The notes beneath the pieces were generated by a model that worked only from the letters and a program-made list of their open reading frames with translations, searched no databases and was not told where the DNA came from. From contig CM052828.1 in the NCBI GenBank assembly GCA_028534125.1, positions 60,760,001 through 60,824,000 of the forward strand: 64,000 nt of DNA. Reading direction: 5' to 3'. This DNA comes from Lama glama (lineage: Eukaryota). Positions 12,891-26,319 of the stretch are shown piece by piece; positions within the stretch are counted from its first letter, which is position 1; every line of letters begins with the position of its first letter. A program made the position numbers and the translations under genes.

Positions 12891-15009
12891 AAAGGGGCCC
12901 GGTTTCCCGCAGGGAACGTGGAGGGGCCTTGCCGGCGGAAGCGGACGGATTTTCTGGGATGTGCGGGTCCTGCCGGAACCAGACACGGTCCCGACGCCCT
13001 GAGTGGGTTTCCTTGGGGGCAGCTGAGCTGGGGGCCTTCTCCTCCCCCAGCTGGTGCTTCCAGAAGGAAACTCCAGACCGACCAGCCAGCCTCCTGGCTC
13101 CGTCGGCTCGCGGTGGGGCCCTGTAGGAGCCAGGGTCACAGGGGCCTTGCTTAGGGGTGAGCTCACACTCCTGTTCTTCGCACGAGTGCCCTACCTCCTT
13201 GACTCCTAGCTCAGAAGTGGGTAATGGTTGCACTGTGGTTCTAGCCAGGGCCCCACTCAGGTGAGCAAAGGAAAGACATCTTTTTTTCTCCCTCTTTCCT
13301 AGAGCAAGTGTTGGCAGCCTTTTATTGGGAAGGGCAGGTCTTTTAAGTTTAGGGGGCCTGAGGGTCTACAGCACGGTATTCCAGGCGCAAGGGCCTGCAG
13401 GGTCTGTGGTCCCGCGGGACGGTGACCGTGGCTGATTTGTCGTGACGGGGCGGCTGTGAGCCGGTCACACCGTGTTTACCCAACAGCCCTGCTCGGTCCT
13501 GGACTGGCCCCTACGACGTAAGCTTCCACGTAGCCTGGACCAGAACTGCTGGTCATCGCTTCCTCCGTCTGTCCTGGTGTCTTCACTGAGGGGTTGGATC
13601 CCCTGGAGGGACTGTGCGTACGCATCGTTCGAAACGTTAATATGCGGGGCGAGCCGGCGGTGACGGTCCCCTCCAGGCGGCCCTCGCCGCGCAGGGATGG
13701 CGAGTCGGGCAGCCTGAGTGATGGCGGCGGGGGGTGGGTGCCTTTTCTCACGGACTTGAGGCAAGAGCTTTCCTCCCTCTTGATAGGGCCCCGCCATCCT
13801 CAGAACCTTAAGCATTGGAGGACATCCTTGCCGGGTGCACCCCAGGATGCTCTGGCCTCAGGTACCTCCAGTCTCTGACCGAGCCGACTCTCACTCCGTC
13901 ACAGATCCGTAACCGTTCGTACAACCAGGGTCACCCAGTCCCTAACCCGGCCCTGCAGCCTCCACGGGTTTGCCTGGGCTCTGCTCGCCGCCCGTGTCCC
14001 CGGCCTGGGGGGTCCGGGAGCCCGGCTGTCCCTAGTCCGCCTCTGTTGTTGGCAGGTGCCGTCAGGCCCCTTGAGGCCAGCAGGCCGCCTCCTCACAGGA
14101 GGTCTCCGAACTTGTTGGCTGCCTTGCCGCCTCTTCAAAAGCCAGCGGAGGCCACGGCAGGGCTGCTGTTTTGGAAGCTCTGTGAACCGCTCTTCTGGCC
14201 AGCGCTGAATGCGACCTGAAGCAAACTGGGAAAAACAACTGCTCTGAAGTGGCTCATACGTATGAAGAAGCAGGACCGTGAGCCGTAGCCGCGGTCCCTA
14301 CCGCTGCGCTGGCCAGCGTTTGCTCGTGAGGAAACGCAGCCCTGAGCCTCAGTCACAGGCTCGGATCTCGGCGCGGGGCGCGGAGGGCGCCCCCTTCCTC
14401 GTGACTGTTCCCGGGTGAGCGTGCGCTCGGGCGCTGTTGGGGGGGCGCTTCTCCACGGGGACGAGATGATCTGCCCCCAGCCTGGGCCGGGCAGTGGACC
14501 GAGGGGCTGTCCTCGGGCAGCCACCTCAGGGCAGGAGGGCCTCCCGCAGGAAAGCGGCACGGGCCCCCTCAGGGCCAACCCGCAGCGACTTCCTCGTGGG
14601 GTTTTGTCTTCGCGTGTACGTGGGGTGCCCAGGGGCCTCGTGGGAGGACAGGGAGGCGGGCTCCTGACCGACGCGCGTTCTCCGAGCGAGCTCCCACGGC
14701 ACGCGGGGTCCGGCAGTTCCCGCTCTGGCCCTGGATTTAGGTGGGACGTCCTCTGCCTCCTGCTCAAGGGGCACAGGAGTTCACCTCCGCACGTCGCTGT
14801 CTCTGTGACTGGCGGGGAGGGTGGAGCGCATGGGAAATTAGGGCCCTGGTGCCCATTTGGAGGGATTACAGAGGTGGGCTCACGTCCCCGCGGCAGAGGG
14901 GCCCGCAGGAGAAGCCAGCCCGGCGGCCCGCCTGGGGGCCGCCGCCTTCCAGCCGCGGAGCTGCCCGCTGAGCCGGCGGGTGAATCCAGGCTTGGGCCCC
15001 GTTCCACTG

Positions 15010-15195
15010 CCCTGGGTTTGAACGTGACGCTCTCGCTCAGCAGATGTTTGGCCTTTGGCGAGATATGTATTTAGTTTTTCTTAGCCTTGGGTTTTCTCGT
15101 CTGTAAAGCGGGGCTTGTAACAAGGCCTTCTTCACAGGAACATTTACACCAATGGAATGAGGAAGTGTATGTAAAGCAGTTAAATCGTGGCCACG
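15010..15195 (+). mobile_element. MIR SINE
   Basis: gggtttgaa...gccttgggttttctcgtctgtaaagcgggg...gtatgtaaagcagtt, MIR core. Confidence 0.65.
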
Positions 15196-18100
15196 TGTTG
15201 AAAGGATTAGCCAATTTTTACGTGCTTATGGGGCAGAACATCTCCCCTGAGATGAGTGCCCGCAGCAGCTGAGCTGTGTCTTAGCTTTGCCTCCGTTTCT
15301 GGAGAACAGTGTAGGCAGCGCTAGCCGCTCGCGCCGCCCAGCTCAGAGGGTCAGGCTGTGGAAGAGGGAAGAGCTGCTAATTACGAGCTGTAGTCCTTTT
15401 TCCAGGAAGGACCTGAAGCAGCTGACTGGAATTTAAAAAACAAATCAGATGAGTGTGCAGCTACACACAACAGGAAAAGTTCCGTTCTGAGACGCACACA
15501 GAAAAGTGAATTAACCTGGCAACACAAACTGAGTGAAAATGTGTGTGGTTTCCAGCACGTTCATGTTGATTACACCTCCGAGTGCGTGGGTTGGAGAGTC
15601 TGCCCTAGTGCTGTTCACCTGGCAGAGTGTCCGTCGTAGAGGGGGAGGCGGACAGCAAACAAATCACTTGCTGGGTCGCACGGCGGCCAGCGCCGGATGC
15701 TGGCAGGGATGTGGAGCTGTCGGAACGCACACAAATATACCGCTTGTGGGCGTGTAAACCAAGGACCACTTCAGACAACTGTTGGGCAACATCCAGGGAA
15801 GTTAAATGTTTACCCTGGAAACAACCCGGACGTCCGTCAGCAGCAGGAAAAAAGTAACTCGTGACGCGTCTGGATGGTGGCACAGCACACGGGGCGCGAA
15901 AGGAATGACAGCACACGCGGCTCACAGGCCAGGGTGAGCCAGGGAAGCCGCGCTGAAAGGTGCCTTTGGTACCGTCCCATTGAGTTTAGGCTCAAGCCAG
16001 GCACGGGGCCACGATGCCAGCCCCCAGCCCCAGCTCCCTCCCCCAGCCCCCAGCCCGGGTGTTCTGTTTCTCGATCCAAGTCTGGGTCCCCAGGTGAAGG
16101 CCAGGCGGCACACCTGGGACGGGCACTTTTTGTACGTAAGTCACTTTTCAAGAGGATGTTCTTTAAGGGAGTACAGGGTATGTCATAGGGCGGGCAGCAT
16201 CATGGGGAGCCCCCGGGGGGATGGGAGCTGGGGGGTCGCGGGCCCTGGGGGGAGCGGCAGGGGACCAGGGGAGCCTTGGGCGGTGGTCAGGAGGGCAGTG
16301 GGCTCGTTCACCTTTTGCTCTCACTCTGAGTGCACGGGAGCCTTAGAGGATCTGGGAAGGGGTGGGAAGTGGGGGACCTTGCTTCCAGGAGCGCCCCGAC
16401 CCCGGGAGGTGCTGAGAGCAGCTGCGGACTCAGGCGCTGCGGGGCTCGTCCATGGGTGTGCGCTGGCTCCCGGTGACCGGCGGCCTCCTGCTTGTGTCCT
16501 CTACAGCTGGGTTCGCCCGGCTCCAGGAGGCGCTGCCCTGCACGACCTTCCAGAGCCTTCTACGCCCTTGAGTGAGCACTAGTTTTCAATCTCATAAACC
16601 TCATCAAAGTAAGACAAGAACTAAAAATTGGCTCGAGTGTGTAAAAGTGACGCTAATGACAGTAACTGACATGAAGACCATGATTCACGCCTCACAACCA
16701 CCTCCTTCCTCGTGAGTGCCCAGACTCGCTCTGTTTTGCTTTATTTGGGTGGCGTGTTCCCCGTAAGGCAGCTGGCCTTCCAAGGGGCCCCGAGTGTGGC
16801 CATATCTTACAGGCTCCAGTGCGTCTTCTCAGCCTGAAAACCACAAGGAGCGTTCTTGGGTTCTGACCTTGAGACATTGTGGTTTTCTATTCACAGAACA
16901 CGCATTTTCCAAATCCTTTATTGCATCTACTGGGAGAGGGGTCAGAAACTCAAGAATTGACTAGAAGTTGGATAAAGTTAACTGAAGCTGATCTGGTTCG
17001 GTTTTTAAGCTCAAGTAGCGTAGTTTGTAGCAGAGGGAAGGCCGACCGCCTTCCAGGTGCAGAAGGGCCCCGAAGCGCCATCACTCGCAGCTCTGCCTCC
17101 TGCAGAGGAGACCCCGGGGACAGAGCAGAGCTTGTGACGCCGTCACCGCGGCGGGAGACGCAGTGCTGGGCGAGGGGCCCGGGGATGTTTCGGGACTGTG
17201 ACTCTTCACGTAGATGCTGCAGATTCCTGTGGAGTGAGGGGTTTGAAAATCCATTTACTCTGACTTGTGTGGTTTGAGGGAAAAAAATAAGTCGTCGTTT
17301 ATCTGCTCCGGTCTCAGCGTGTCCCTGGGAGGTTAGTCATCCAGGGGAGTTGCTGCGATTTGGGGGATTTGCGAGGGACTCTGACCCGGGGTCTACAGAG
17401 AAAGGAGGTGTGTGTGTTCGGTGCAGGGCACGGTGAACCAATCTGCACGTTTAAAGCCCCTTCTGTGCCTGCGCGGAAAGCGGCCACTTCAGTCGCGACT
17501 CTGCTCGCGACTGGTGACACTGGCCAGACCTCCAGTCGGGGTAATTTTGCTGCTTGACTGTTTGAGGTGAGAAGTGCCTTCCGCTTCGTCAGGAAAGGTC
17601 GTAAGAGAACCCGGAAGCATCACTATTTTTTAACCGGATTTGGGATGATCCAGGAGGGGGTGACTTGAGTTTTCTCTGCGCTGACGCCTTTTCATGGTGA
17701 CTTCAGGGATGATGGTTTGTTGGTTTGATGGTCTGTGCATCACAAGCACAGGGAAAGACCTGACCGTCCCCGTTTGGAGACCCCCGGACACGCCGCCCCT
17801 GTGAGAGGGAGAGCTTTGTCATGGCCAGCAGTTCACGGACAGTGCCCCCACCCCGCCCTCTGCTCACCACCCGCCTTGTCCGGTGGCCTCTCACTTTCCC
17901 GGGAACACGGACTCCTGCACAGTTCTCACCTGGCCGACGTGTCGTGCTGGTGTGTCGGGTGCAGTGCAGTGTGTCCCCGAGTCCTCAGCTGGAGTTAGAG
18001 ACGCGACGGTGCAGGGACCGCTGGAAGGTAAAGCCTGCAGGCCGCGATCACAGGAGACACGGGGCCAAGCTGTGCACTTCCAAACATGCTTGTAGCGTTA

Positions 18101-19059
18101 AAGGCACCTAAACCGCTTCACGGTGAATTTCAGGGCATGGAGTCAGCTTTAGCCAAATCGAAAGTCTTTGAAATGAGGAAATGATGTCTGAAAAAGTCAT
18201 GCTAAATTGCAGTATTTGAAACCACGTGAAAGGAGAGTGATTGTAACTATACCCCGGGTGTAACCCTGGTAGGTAACCAAATAGTAAAGGGGTGGGTTTA
18301 AGCCGGAGGAGGAACTGTGGACAGGATGGTAGCAGGGCCTCCCCGCCCCCGGACGAGGCTCTCAGCTGGGTGCGTCTCTGGAAGAGCCGTGGCGACGGGA
18401 GTGGATTTTTGGTCTTTGCTCAGCTGTGACGCTAAGGTCTCCTGGGTGCAGGAGGGGACGTGTGATTGCCTGACGGTGAACTTGCAGGTGGGTTTCGTAT
18501 TGGCGTCCAGCAGCTGCGCGTTAGTGGCAGGGCCTGGGGTGTCACAGGGCGAGAGGCTGGCAGTGCGGTGGGCCCTCCGCCGTCTGCCTTGCCTCCAGAA
18601 CCCCGCGTGCACCCCGCTGTGCTCTGTCCCCTGCCCTCAGGAGTGCGGCCACCCTGCCTGGACGCAGCGAGCAAATCATTGTACTCTACGGGCTCATTTT
18701 TCTCTCCTTACCTAAAACGAAAGGAAATAAAACAAAAAATGAGCCTACATGGCGCTGGTTTGTCTAACTTCTGTTCCCTTTACTGTTTGACACTGTCCTC
18801 GGCCCCCGCATTAAGGCAGGTGGCCCACGAGACCCCAGGTCCGATCCCGCCCTGCAGGCGAGCGGCTCGCTGTCCCAGGGCTCCTCTTCCTCAACCGTGG
18901 CATGAAGACCGTCCGAACACCCCTGGGTGCTTAAGGCGGTGCCCGGCACAGGGAGATGATCCACGCTGGTGACGTACCGACGGGAGATCGGCACTGGGTC
19001 CATCAAGGACCTGCTAGACTTGAGGTCAGCTGGAAACAGTTAAAAACAGAATGTGCTGC

Positions 19060-19185
19060 CTTCAGTACCTTGTAATAACCTGTAATGAAAAAGAATGTGA
19101 AGAGAATACGTATGTGTAACTGAATCACTGTGCTGTACACCAGAAGCTAGCACAATACTGTAAACCAGCTGTGCTTCAAAAAGAA
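19060..19185 (+). mobile_element. Artiodactyl/camelid-type L1 3' end
   Basis: cttgtaataacctgtaatgaaaaagaa...taactgaatcactgtgctgtacaccagaa...cttcaaaaa. Confidence 0.75.
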
Positions 19186-19769
19186 CCAGAGTTTGGCTCC
19201 TTATGGTTTTGGCCCGTCATCTGCAGTTACGTTTAGAGTGTTGTCACGGCCCTGCTGACCGTCCAGCCGTCATTCAGTCCGCAGGCACAGGAGTGAGTAC
19301 CGAGGAGCCACTGTGCGCCCCGTGTGCTGAGGATGAAGAGACACAATACATAAATAAATGCCCTGCGTTTAAAGAGACGTCTTACACTCTGTCTATAATT
19401 TCTAGAGGTTCCTAGTCACAGTTACATTAAAATCATATGGAAACTTTAAAAAAAGAAGACGCCGGTTGAAGGTCGGTGGTGCCTTCACGAGAGGAGCGGC
19501 ACTTCCCGCCCGTGGGATTACTCAGCAGTTCCACGTGTGCGTGGGAGAATCTTCAAGTCACATTTTTGTCAAGATAGATAATAAAAGGGTGAGAGTCTGG
19601 AGAAAGACAGAACGTAGAATTTCAGCCCAAGAGGGAGCGATCATGCATTCATTTAGAAACACTAAATTACAGTAGCTCAAAAAAAAAAAAAAACCCACCC
19701 AGTCCCACCACAGGTAAATGAGAAGCTTTGAGAGGCAGGCCCAGGCCTTGTTTTCTCATTAACACGTGT

Positions 19770-20535
19770 TGTCTGATTGTATGACGGAGCACACGGCACC
19801 AGTTTGCCGTCCTGGCCGTTTGAGGGGCACGGGCAGCGGTGCGGTGGTGCGCAGCAGACTGCCCCAGCTGAACTCCGACCCCCTAAATTCCCATGCTCTC
19901 CCCTCCCCCGAGCCCCCCATCTGCTTTCTGTCTCTAGGAATCGGGGCCTCGTACAGGTGCAGTCCTACGGTGTTTGTCCTGTGGTGACTGACTGACTTCA
20001 CTGAGCGTGACGTCCTCAAGATTCACCCACGTTGTAGGGCGTCAGGATTCCTCTCCTTCTGAAGGCTGAGTAGCACTCGGCCGTCTGCGCAGACCACACT
20101 TGCTCGTCCATCCGTCTGTTGGCGGATGTTTGGGTCTCGGGCCCCGTCTGTGTGAGCGCCACTGCTGTGGACGCGGCCGCGCAAAGGCCTCTGGCTTCCT
20201 GCTTTCGGTTCTTCCTGACACGTACCGAATTTCGGGTTTGAGTTTTTGAGGCCCCTCGCAGCTCTGTTCCGCAGTGCCATCGTCATCGCACCGCCTTCCA
20301 CGTCCTCCCCGGGGCTTGTCGCTCTCCGAGTTGAGAGTGGCCTTCCGGACGGTGGCGTCTCCCGGAGGCTCTGATTCGCGTTTCTCTGTGGTTGGTGGTC
20401 AGAGCAGCGTGGCACCCTTTCCTGCGCTTACAGACCATTGGCGTATCTTCTTTGTAGAGACGTAGGTCCAAGTCCTTCGCCCAGTTTTCGACTGCTCGTT
20501 TATTTTGTTGTTCTGTTGAGTTGTATTGGTTTTTA
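19770..20535 (-). mobile_element. L1 (L1MA/MB-like) 3' UTR and ORF2 end fragment
   Basis: ctgctttctgtctct...ttcactgagcgtgacgtcctcaagattcacccacgttgtag...gtatcttctttgtagaga...caagtccttcgccca; the minus strand reads NWAKDLDLRLYKED, like the ORF2 C-terminus. Confidence 0.8.
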
Positions 20536-21279
20536 AACCAATACAAACCTACGAGAGGCTGATGTGGTACCAGGGTTGGGAGCCACTGATCTGGCTGTAA
20601 AACCAGTGGCAGGGCTGAGAGTCTGGGTTTGTGCCGGGACGTAGGCTGGGTGTTCAGGAGGTTGGGGGAGGGGCGGGAGGCTGTGTCTGGACGACTGACC
20701 GCAGGAAGTGGGTCCCCGCTGGGTGTGTTGACCGGGGCATCAGCTCTGAGCCAGGGCCAGGGTGTGGACAGGGCAGTGGTTCACCTGCAGGTGCTGGTAG
20801 AAGCTTGAGCATAAATGGGCCATTGAGGGGGACCAGTCAGAGAGCAAGGAAAGAACTCTTGACCCCCAGGCCCTGAATGGGGGCCGGGCAGAAACGCAGA
20901 CAGCGAGGCGAGGGTGCGAGGCGGCCCGTCCCGCAGGCTGGCCTCCGGAGCGCGGAGCCCTGATGGCGAAAATGCACTCCACTCGGCGTGTGGGCGGATT
21001 ATGCCAAGACACAGCGAAGGCGAGACAGTTTTTTTGGCAGTGTTCCAAAGAAACTGCTTTCTTAGAGAGTGTATTATGCGCACATTTCACAGATCCTTTG
21101 TAGCTTCTGCAAAAAAGAAAAGGACTGTGTGCAAAAAAAAAAAAGAAAGATAAGACAAAATGGAAGAGGTGGGATGAATTTATAAAACTTTTACGGCAGA
21201 GGTAGAAGCCATCACACAGGGTGAGACGGGTCTTTATTACCTTTTAATTTTGATGGTCAAGCAGTGGACATTTACTCTG

Positions 21280-21450
21280 AGAAGTAATCCTTAATTTGAA
21301 TGCAGTTTTAACCTTACGGGAGTGCATGCTTTTTATGTTGCTGTTAATCTGAATAAGCAGTTGGGTTGTCAGCCAGCTGCAGGCGTAGCGCAAAAAATGT
21401 AAGACTGTGTCATCAGCTGGAAATGCTGCCTGACGTCAGTGCTGTCAGTG
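21280..21450. promoter_or_regulatory. Candidate intronic enhancer (TAATCC, two TGTCA+CAGCTG modules, CRE)
   Basis: taatcc 21285-21290; tgtca+cagctg at 21367-21379 and 21408-21419; tgacgtca 21431-21438; in AT-rich sequence with no recognisable repeat. Confidence 0.35.
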
Positions 21451-22269
21451 TTTGTGCCGTTAAAACTTGCGTGTGGTCGGCCCTCGCTGCTGCGGGAGCT
21501 TCACCGTCACGCTGGGGTCTTAACAACTTCAGTTTGTTAAGACAGGCATCACCGCACCTGCTCCGGGGCTCTGACGAGTTCCGGAAAAACAACACAGATG
21601 CGCAGCTTAGCAGACAGACTGTCTCCAGCCCCTGGGGGCTCCCGCGGCCCGTCCTGACCAGTGACCTCGCCTGCGTTTCTGCGCACGTGTGAGTCTGTCA
21701 CCGCATTTCTTGGTTTAGCTGTGTTCTCGCGACGTAGACCCAGTGTTGCTCAAAGGCTTAATCCATTTTTGTGAGAGGAGTTGCCAGCTGTTCGCAGTGT
21801 TCTGAGTCCACAGGTAAAAACAGGAAAGGAGACAAGTGAAAAGGAAGTGGCAATGCAGGCACGCTTTGAGGGCAGTGCTGGCCCTAGATGTTAAACAGAG
21901 GAAGCTGGAAAACCGGCTCCTGGGAAGGTGGGCGCTTTGCTGGGCAGGGAGCAGCGAGGAGGGACACTGGGGCTGGGAGAGGGGACAGGCCACCGTGCCA
22001 TCGGGGAGGGGCTCGGCCGCCGTCACCCTGCGTGAACGTGTCCGTGTTGCCTCTGCTCGGCCAGCTGACACCTCGGGGACCAGAAGGCCTGGGGAGGACG
22101 CTGGGCCGGCTCCCAGATGAAAGCCGTCTGCCGGGCGGGGCTGATCCTGACTGCGTGTGAGCAGCCCTCCCCTTTCCAACAGACAGGGCTGTTGTCACCG
22201 CCGCCCCAGACTTCCCCTAAGCCCGTCCTCTCCAGTCCTTACTCTTCACCGCGGTCTGCGGGGCGGGCC

Positions 22270-22345
22270 TCACTGTTGCTCCATTTTGCAGATGGGAATC
22301 GAGGCACAGAGGAGGGAAGTTGCCCTTGTGATGCTGCCAGTGGGT
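22270..22345 (-). mobile_element. MIR core fragment
   Basis: ccattttgcagatgggaatcgaggcacagagg. Confidence 0.55.
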
Positions 22346-25300
22346 CCGAGGACCGTGGCTCCGGGGCTCCTCCCCTCTCCCGAGATGGGCAGTTTCGTGT
22401 GTGTTGACACGTGTACACATGCTGTGCGGCATCTTAAAAATAATCGTGGGGCCAGCTTGTCGACCTTCCTGGGGGGCCACGTGCTTTAAGGGACTGTTTC
22501 TGTCTCCACAGTCGCAAGTCACTCATCTCAGGGAATGAGGCGCAGTGTCTTTCCCAGGGCTGAGCTCCGAGCCTGGTGCCGGTGGTGTCGCGCGAGGTCC
22601 GCGTGCTTTCGGAGGAGTTCTGTGCGCGTGGAACCGCGTGGAGCAGACGGCAGTGGGGTCAGGTCTCCCCGCGTCTTGGCGGGTGGCCCAGGCAGGCCGT
22701 CCTCTGCTGGGAGGAGCCCCGTGTCGGGCAGGTTGTGAGGGGGGAGCTTTGTTGGACTGTGTTCCGGCTCGCCACCCGCAGCGTTGTCCGCAGCGTGCGT
22801 GGTTGAAGGCGGCTGGCTGGATTTCCACGGCCATGGCAGAGTTGGGGCTTATTTCACTGGGGACCCTGTGGACCCTTGACTGTGATGTTGTGAAGGAGGG
22901 GGCGCCCTGTGCCCTGGCCCTGACGGGACGGGTGTGACCGGGGAAGTCTGGAAGAGGGTCATGTGTGCTCCTGGCGTGCAGATGTGACGCGGGTGGTTGC
23001 TCTGCGGTTAATCCTGCCGGGGGTGAGTCCTGGTTCCGCTCTTGATTTCGTTCCTTCAACAAGTGTTGCCAGGGCGCCTGTCCTGCCCGGCGAGTGCTGG
23101 CCGATGGGGGTGACGGGCCCTCGCACCTCTGTTCTGGGGGAGCCAGGAGGTCGGTACGTGAACAGTGCTGTCTGATGGGGGCCCCGGAGAGAGGTGAGGA
23201 TGACGGGCGGCGGGGGCAGGCCGCTTCACGCGGTGGGGGCGGGAAAAGGACACCTTGGAGCGCAGAGCTGGGTCGCGGCAGGGGCCCGCGGGCGTCCCTG
23301 GCTGCGGTCTGCGCTCCGAGGCCTGGGCGGCCGTCCCTGTCGTTTCTGAAGCCCGGGAAGCAGGGGCTCGGGGAGAGGCAGGGCCACAGGCCCGGGAACC
23401 GGGCGGTCCCTTTCCCGGCTGGGCCTTCCTCCCTGTCCCTGTGGGCTTCGGCGGCATTAAAGGCACCTGTCTGGCTGTGTGTTTGGATGTGAGAAAATGA
23501 ACGAGGGTTTTGGTCAGAGGTGTTCAGGTCCTACAAATGGAGTTGCCTTCTGAATGGAATGTGCCACGCCTTTCTACCAAACAGGGGACGGTGATGAGTC
23601 TGCGAGCCATAATAGAGGCAGGCTGCCCGCAGACAGCCGCCGTGGGCTCCCTCCACCCTGCAAGTGCTGAAGAGAAAGGGTAGCCTCGCCAGGTAGCGTC
23701 AGAGTTTCCAGGAATGCGGGGCTCGGGGCTCCGGGTGGGGCCCGCGCCTGGCTCCTGGCAGCTGCCTGCCGCTGGCTCTCTGGGGACTGAGCCCTGCAGG
23801 CCCTTGGGGAGGTGGAGAGACGTGTGTTACTTACGTCTGCTGATGGGGATAGGCGTGCTCACAAATGCTCTCCAGGCACTGCTTGCACACGAGCCCCAGT
23901 CCTGGGGCTGTCTTTCCGTTTTTCACCCAGCATAGACGAACAGGCCGTCAGGACCACGTGACTTCGTAGGGCAGTCGTGGAAAATGTCTTCTGGGCCTCA
24001 GGTCGTCCGAGGAATCCAGTTTGACAGAAACTGATACTGAACACCACCAACATTTTATCTTCTCTGAAATTGACTGACTTTGTAGACACTTGTCTGGAGG
24101 AAGGAGTGCAGCGTGTGTGGCGGGAGGGCTGGCCTTGGTGGCCTCGGAGTGAGGGCGGCCCCTGGAGCAGCAGATGCGCACAGTCAGCACCTGCTGAGCA
24201 GCGTTGACCATCGTGAGCAAATCCCTCGTGTTCTCGCAGAGCACGCAGAAAGCTCGGTGGTGCGCACAGAAACAAAGTGGAACCTGCCACTAGCCCTGCG
24301 TGGGCCCAGAGACGGAGGTGCCTCAGGGACAGGCGCCGACCTGCTGGTGCAGCTGAAAGAAGCAGAGAAGCACCATCAGGGCTCTTGTGAAGGCGACAGA
24401 TTCCATGATCTGCCACTAGAGTTCTCGGGACGCTTGCGTTTTTGGCACAGCAGCTCTCACTGGGGCGCGGTCTTGCCACCCAGGGGACGTGTGGTGTCGC
24501 CCAGAAGCGCTTCTGGTTGTCAGGGCTGGGGATGCTCCTGGTGTCTTGTGGGCGGAGGCGGGGGGCACGACTGACCCCTCACAGTGCACGGGACTCGCCC
24601 TGGGACCTGCCCCGTGTCGCTGGTGCTGTGGCTGGCGACCCCTGATTGAACATCGTGCTCTTAGTAGAAAAGTGTCGGAGGTTTTGAAGTCATTTTTGAT
24701 GTTTTTGGTAGTTTTTTTTTAACTGCTTTTGAATTAAAATGCAAGTGGTAGAGTATAATAGAATGCCGTGCAGAGTTGAAATAGAGCTAAAACCTCAATA
24801 GGAAGGAATGTCCAGTGGAGCACGGGGGGGCTGGCCGCCCTGGGAGTGTGGAGAGAGGGGACGTGGAGAGGGTCCCCTGACATGTGTGCATACTTCCTGG
24901 TCGGCTCCCTCTGTGGGGGGGGGTCCACCCGAAATCCAGGCCCCGCCTTCTGGCCTGTGGCTTCCTCTTCTGGAGCTTCTCTCTCTCGGCCCCCCACCCC
25001 CCCCCGCCGCAGGCCTGGCCCCACCGGGGAGGGCCTGGTGGGCTGCTCTCTGCGCCCCACCCCCCGCCCAGCCTCCCCCGACCCTTCCTCTAACCCGGGT
25101 CCCTCCCTCTGGGAGCATTTGGTGACACAATTAGACTAAGACATGGCCTGAGGGTAACATCTCTAAGTGGACGTCAAGCACCAGGAGAGACACGTTACGT
25201 TTTCGCAGCGGGACAAGGGCTGATCTCGGAATGAGTCACGGGCGCTGAGAGCCGTCCATCCGGAGCCCCGTCCCATCAGGAGGTGGGCAGACGGGTGTGG

Positions 25301-25682
25301 CAGGTCACCGAGGTCCCCGGGAAGAGCTGCACTTTCCACCTGCTTTGAGGAGCACTGGGTGGGCTGCCCTGGGGTGGGGCTCGTGGGAGCCGGGAGCCAC
25401 CCATCCTGGTCGTGGGGAGACCACCCTCGGATAACAGAGTGGCCCCCACCTCTCCGCTGGCTTCTGCCGCTGCCAGCCCGGCCCAGCTCTCAGGACCTGC
25501 TGGTGGCCCTAGGCTGGTCACCTCCCCGGGGTCGGCCTCAGCCTCAGGCTCCAAAGCCGGTGTCTCCTCCCAGATGGAACCTTCGCTTCAGGGTTTCAGA
25601 GACACGCAGGTTCTAGGCAGCCTGTTTCCAGACGCACCAGCGCCCTGAGCCACGGTCTCCGAAGCTGTTCTGCGTGCGCTGT

Positions 25683-25722
25683 CACCCAGCGGTCAGTGCT
25701 GCCACCCAGCGGTCAGTGCTGC
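25683..25722. repeat. Perfect 20-bp tandem duplication
   Basis: cacccagcggtcagtgctgc x2. Confidence 0.9.
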
Positions 25723-26319
25723 CCCTACGCAGCGCGGTGCGCTGGGATCCCTGCCTCGGCCGCGACTGCTTCACTAGGCACACGTTCAGTGCTTAGACGG
25801 TGTGCCTGCAGCCGCTGGAGGTGCGTGATTCCACCCGTGAGAGGCCCGTGTGGAGACCAGCGTGTTTGTGGGGTAGTTGGGTGGTTGCTTAGTTTCCTGG
25901 CTCATTCGTCTCCGGGAGGGGAGAAGCTGTCCTGGGAAGGAGACGCAGAGACCGCATGGCCTCGGCGTGGCTCGCGGGCGGCGGGTTCTGGTGCGCTGTG
26001 AGGAGCAGGGCGGGAGCATCTCTCCTGCTAACGGCTTTTGTGCTCCCAACAGGTTTGTGTTTAAAAACATGTTCAGGACACGCCTGCCTCCAGAGGCCCA
26101 GGATCCGCCTGGGAAGGGAGAGCCCGCAGCTGCCAGTGCGTGTGGTCAGTGGGGAGGGGGCTCCGGCAGACGCTGTCAGCTCAGACCCGCGACAGAAGGG
26201 AGGGCGACCACCGGGCTTCTGGCCGCGCCGCGGGAGGCCGGACCCTGCGCGCTGGCCCCGGAAAGGCTGGGGATTCGAGCCCGTAGGCCCCACATACGGA
26301 CATGCGCTTATTTAGTTGC

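Noticed and set aside
14135-15074. Overlapping 290-aa and 219-aa ORFs on opposite strands
   Set aside because: Pro/Gly/Arg-rich translation of GC-rich intron with no domain motifs; stop-codon scarcity explains the length
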